Positions 62,105 to 64,000 of a DNA stretch of 64,000 bases are shown piece after piece. The notes under the pieces were generated by a model that worked only from the letters and a program-made list of their open reading frames with translations, was not told the DNA's origin and searched no databases. The stretch comes from an uncultured cyanobacterium (GTDB lineage Bacteria; Cyanobacteriota; Cyanobacteriia; Phormidesmidales; Phormidesmidaceae). Position numbers and translations under genes: made by a program. The stretch is from NCBI GenBank assembly GCA_963793265.1, contig CAWBZI010000001.1:960001-1024000 (forward strand). The letters run 5' to 3'. The first letter of the stretch is position 1; each line of letters opens with the position of its first letter.

Positions 62105-63265
62105 ATGACGACTACGCTTTCAACCAACACCTACGGCATCGATAATACGCACCGCAAGTCACTTAATAAGCTCGACATTCCCTCTCGGCTGCTGCTTGGC
62201 CCTGGCCCTTCTAATGCCGATCCCGCTGTGCTCGCGGCGATGGATCGTCAGCCGATTGGCCACCTGGATAAGGCTTATTTGGGCCTGATGGATGAGGTGC
62301 AGGAGCTGATGCGCTATGCCTGGCAAACGGATAACCGGATGACGCTACCAATTAGTGGTACGGGCTCTGCGGCGATGGAGGCGACGCTGGCGAATACGGT
62401 GGAGCCGGGGGATAAGGTGCTGGTTTGTGTGAATGGCTATTTTGGTCATCGGCTGATGGATATGGCGGGTCGCTATGGCGCAGAGGTGGTTAATATTAAT
62501 CGCCCTTGGGGTGAGGTGTTTACGACGGCTGAGATACGCGCCGCATTGGAGACGCATCGTCCGGCGATTATGGCGATTGTTCACGCTGAAACATCTACGG
62601 GTGTGTGTCAGCCGATGGAGGGGATTGGCGATTTGTGCCGTGAATATGATTGTTTGTTGATATTGGATACGGTGACTAGCCTGGGTGGGGTGCCTCTGTT
62701 TTTAGATAAGTGGGGGGTGGATTTGGCCTATAGCTGTAGTCAAAAGGGGTTGAGCTGCCCGCCTGGTAGTTCACCGTTTACGATGAGCGATCGCGCGCTC
62801 GAAAAGCTTAATAATCGTAAGGGGAAGGTGGCTAACTGGTATCTTGATATGTCTTTGTTGGCTAACTACTGGGGTAAGGGCCGCACTTATCACCACACTG
62901 CGCCTGTGAATATGACTTACGCTATTCGCGAGGCGTTGCGTTTGCTTGCTGAAGAAGGGTTGGAGGCTAGGTGGGCGCGTCATCAGAATGCGGCTGAGCG
63001 GTTGTATGCAGGGCTTGCTGAGATGGGGCTTGAGTGTCATGTTCCTCGTGAGTACCGTTTGCATACGCTGACGACGGTTCGCATTCCTGAGGGTGTGGAT
63101 GGGAAGGCGGTTACGGCTAGGCTGATTGATGAGCACAATATGGAGCTGGGCGGAGGCTTGGGTGATTTGGCTGGGAAGGTTTGGCGTGTGGGGCTGATGG
63201 GCTACAACGCGACGCCTGAGAATGTGGATACGTTTTTAGCCGCGCTAAAGCAGGTGCTTGCATAG
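62105..63265 (+). CDS. Alanine-glyoxylate / serine-pyruvate aminotransferase (class V)
   Basis: LLLGPGPS, GTGSAAMEA, VHAETSTG, DTVTSLGG, SQKGL, YHHTAP, WRVGLMG. Confidence 0.93.
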   Translation: MTTTLSTNTYGIDNTHRKSLNKLDIPSRLLLGPGPSNADPAVLAAMDRQPIGHLDKAYLGLMDEVQELMRYAWQTDNRMTLPISGTGSAAMEATLANTVEPGDKVLVCVNGYFGHRLMDMAGRYGAEVVNINRPWGEVFTTAEIRAALETHRPAIMAIVHAETSTGVCQPMEGIGDLCREYDCLLILDTVTSLGGVPLFLDKWGVDLAYSCSQKGLSCPPGSSPFTMSDRALEKLNNRKGKVANWYLDMSLLANYWGKGRTYHHTAPVNMTYAIREALRLLAEEGLEARWARHQNAAERLYAGLAEMGLECHVPREYRLHTLTTVRIPEGVDGKAVTARLIDEHNMELGGGLGDLAGKVWRVGLMGYNATPENVDTFLAALKQVLA

Positions 63266-63281
63266 CCCAATTCGGGAACTG

Positions 63282-63309
63282 GTAGGGGCGTCACGGCTGT
63301 GCGCCCTCC
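63282..63309 (+). repeat. GTAG-type REP-like palindrome
   Basis: GTAG-GGGCGTCAC-GGCT-GTGCGCCC just after the aminotransferase stop. Confidence 0.55.
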
Positions 63310-63380
63310 GGCAAAATATCCTCTAACAGGTTCAATCTCTAAATCAATAAGAGAAGAGGCAAAACGCAAAGCCACAAGAT

Positions 63381-63462
63381 TAGGGGATTGCCTCCCCTAG
63401 ACCCCTCTTTTGCTTATTTCTTTAAACACTGCCTGGGGGCCGAACCCTCCCCCAGACCCCCC
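63381..63462. repeat. Two related G/C-tract hairpins ending CCCC(T/C)AGACCCC
   Basis: TAGGGGA-TTGCC-TCCCCTA-GACCCC and CTGGGGG-CCGAACCCT-CCCCCAG-ACCCCCC. Confidence 0.55.
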
Positions 63463-63505
63463 GAATGGTTTTCTAGCAGGGTATCGAGCAGTCCCTTTTT
63501 TAATG

Positions 63506-64000
63506 CTACTGATCTGTTGAAGGCGAGTTCTGATACAACATTCCAACAATTCCAATACCCGAAAGAATTGAAATTGCACCCCACGCCACCATCAGCCCCA
63601 CCACCTCACTTACAAACAAGTTGCTCGCCGCTCGTAATCCTCCTCCAATTAGCCAGCCAAAGGCGATCGCAACGCCCCAAATCCCAGTACTCAACGGAAC
63701 CCAGCGCCACGCCCGCACTACATCACGCCGCATAATCCACCACTGACCCACACCTAATATCACGCCGACATAGCCGCCATAAAACAAACCAAGTATGCCG
63801 CGCACCAACAGGTTAGGCGTATCGGGAGCCATCCAGCCAATCGCGCCAATATGCAACAGCGCTAACCCACCCCAGCTCAGAGCACTTACAACAATCCAAC
63901 GATAGGCTCTCTGCAAATGAGGCCGCAGCATTAGCCACTGCGCAAATCCAACAAAACAGCCACCAATCACGCCGTCTAACAGAGAAATATCGTTTCTTTC
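63506..64000 (-). CDS. Hypothetical membrane protein with G..QW..LR repeats (5' end outside window)
   Basis: GFAQWLMLR / GVGQWWIMR repeats; frame is open to base 64000. Confidence 0.7.
   Translation of the reverse strand, partial: ERNDISLLDGVIGGCFVGFAQWLMLRPHLQRAYRWIVVSALSWGGLALLHIGAIGWMAPDTPNLLVRGILGLFYGGYVGVILGVGQWWIMRRDVVRAWRWVPLSTGIWGVAIAFGWLIGGGLRAASNLFVSEVVGLMVAWGAISILSGIGIVGMLYQNSPSTDQ

Noticed and set aside
1..64000. CRISPR array, cas genes, transposase, prophage or rRNA
   Set aside because: No regularly spaced repeat-spacer array or matching protein or RNA motifs seen; the 36833 repeat has no spacers.

Overview
A 64-kb chromosomal window from a cyanobacterium (dense HIP1 GCGATCGC octamers, an HLIP gene, hetZ/patU, a PEP-CTERM protein; gene content suggests a filamentous lineage, by inference). 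Housekeeping genes (minCDE, argD, recF, tRNA-Gln, cobQ, dprA, acnB, 5-oxoprolinase/hydantoinase, rbsK, dxr) are interleaved with accessory blocks: (i) a guanidine hydrolase gdmH-hypA-hypB plus ABC transporter locus in which I cannot find the usual guanidine-I riboswitch; (ii) a broken caspase-STAND ATPase-WD40 gene followed by higBA and Uma2; (iii) a second higBA/DUF29 islet; (iv) a tightly coupled ~9-kb minus-strand, 10-gene orphan biosynthetic operon (41430-50391) with a CylC/AurF-type dimetal-carboxylate enzyme, a second ferritin-like diiron protein, three Rieske oxygenases, ferredoxin, a sterol-desaturase-family protein, a hexapeptide acyltransferase and a GH3 amide ligase, but no ACP, FAAL, PKS or NRPS. 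Frameshifts and nonsense codons fall only in accessory genes. Base composition visibly flips from G/T-rich to C/A-rich across many HIP1 sites. All family calls come from motif recognition by eye; no searches were run.
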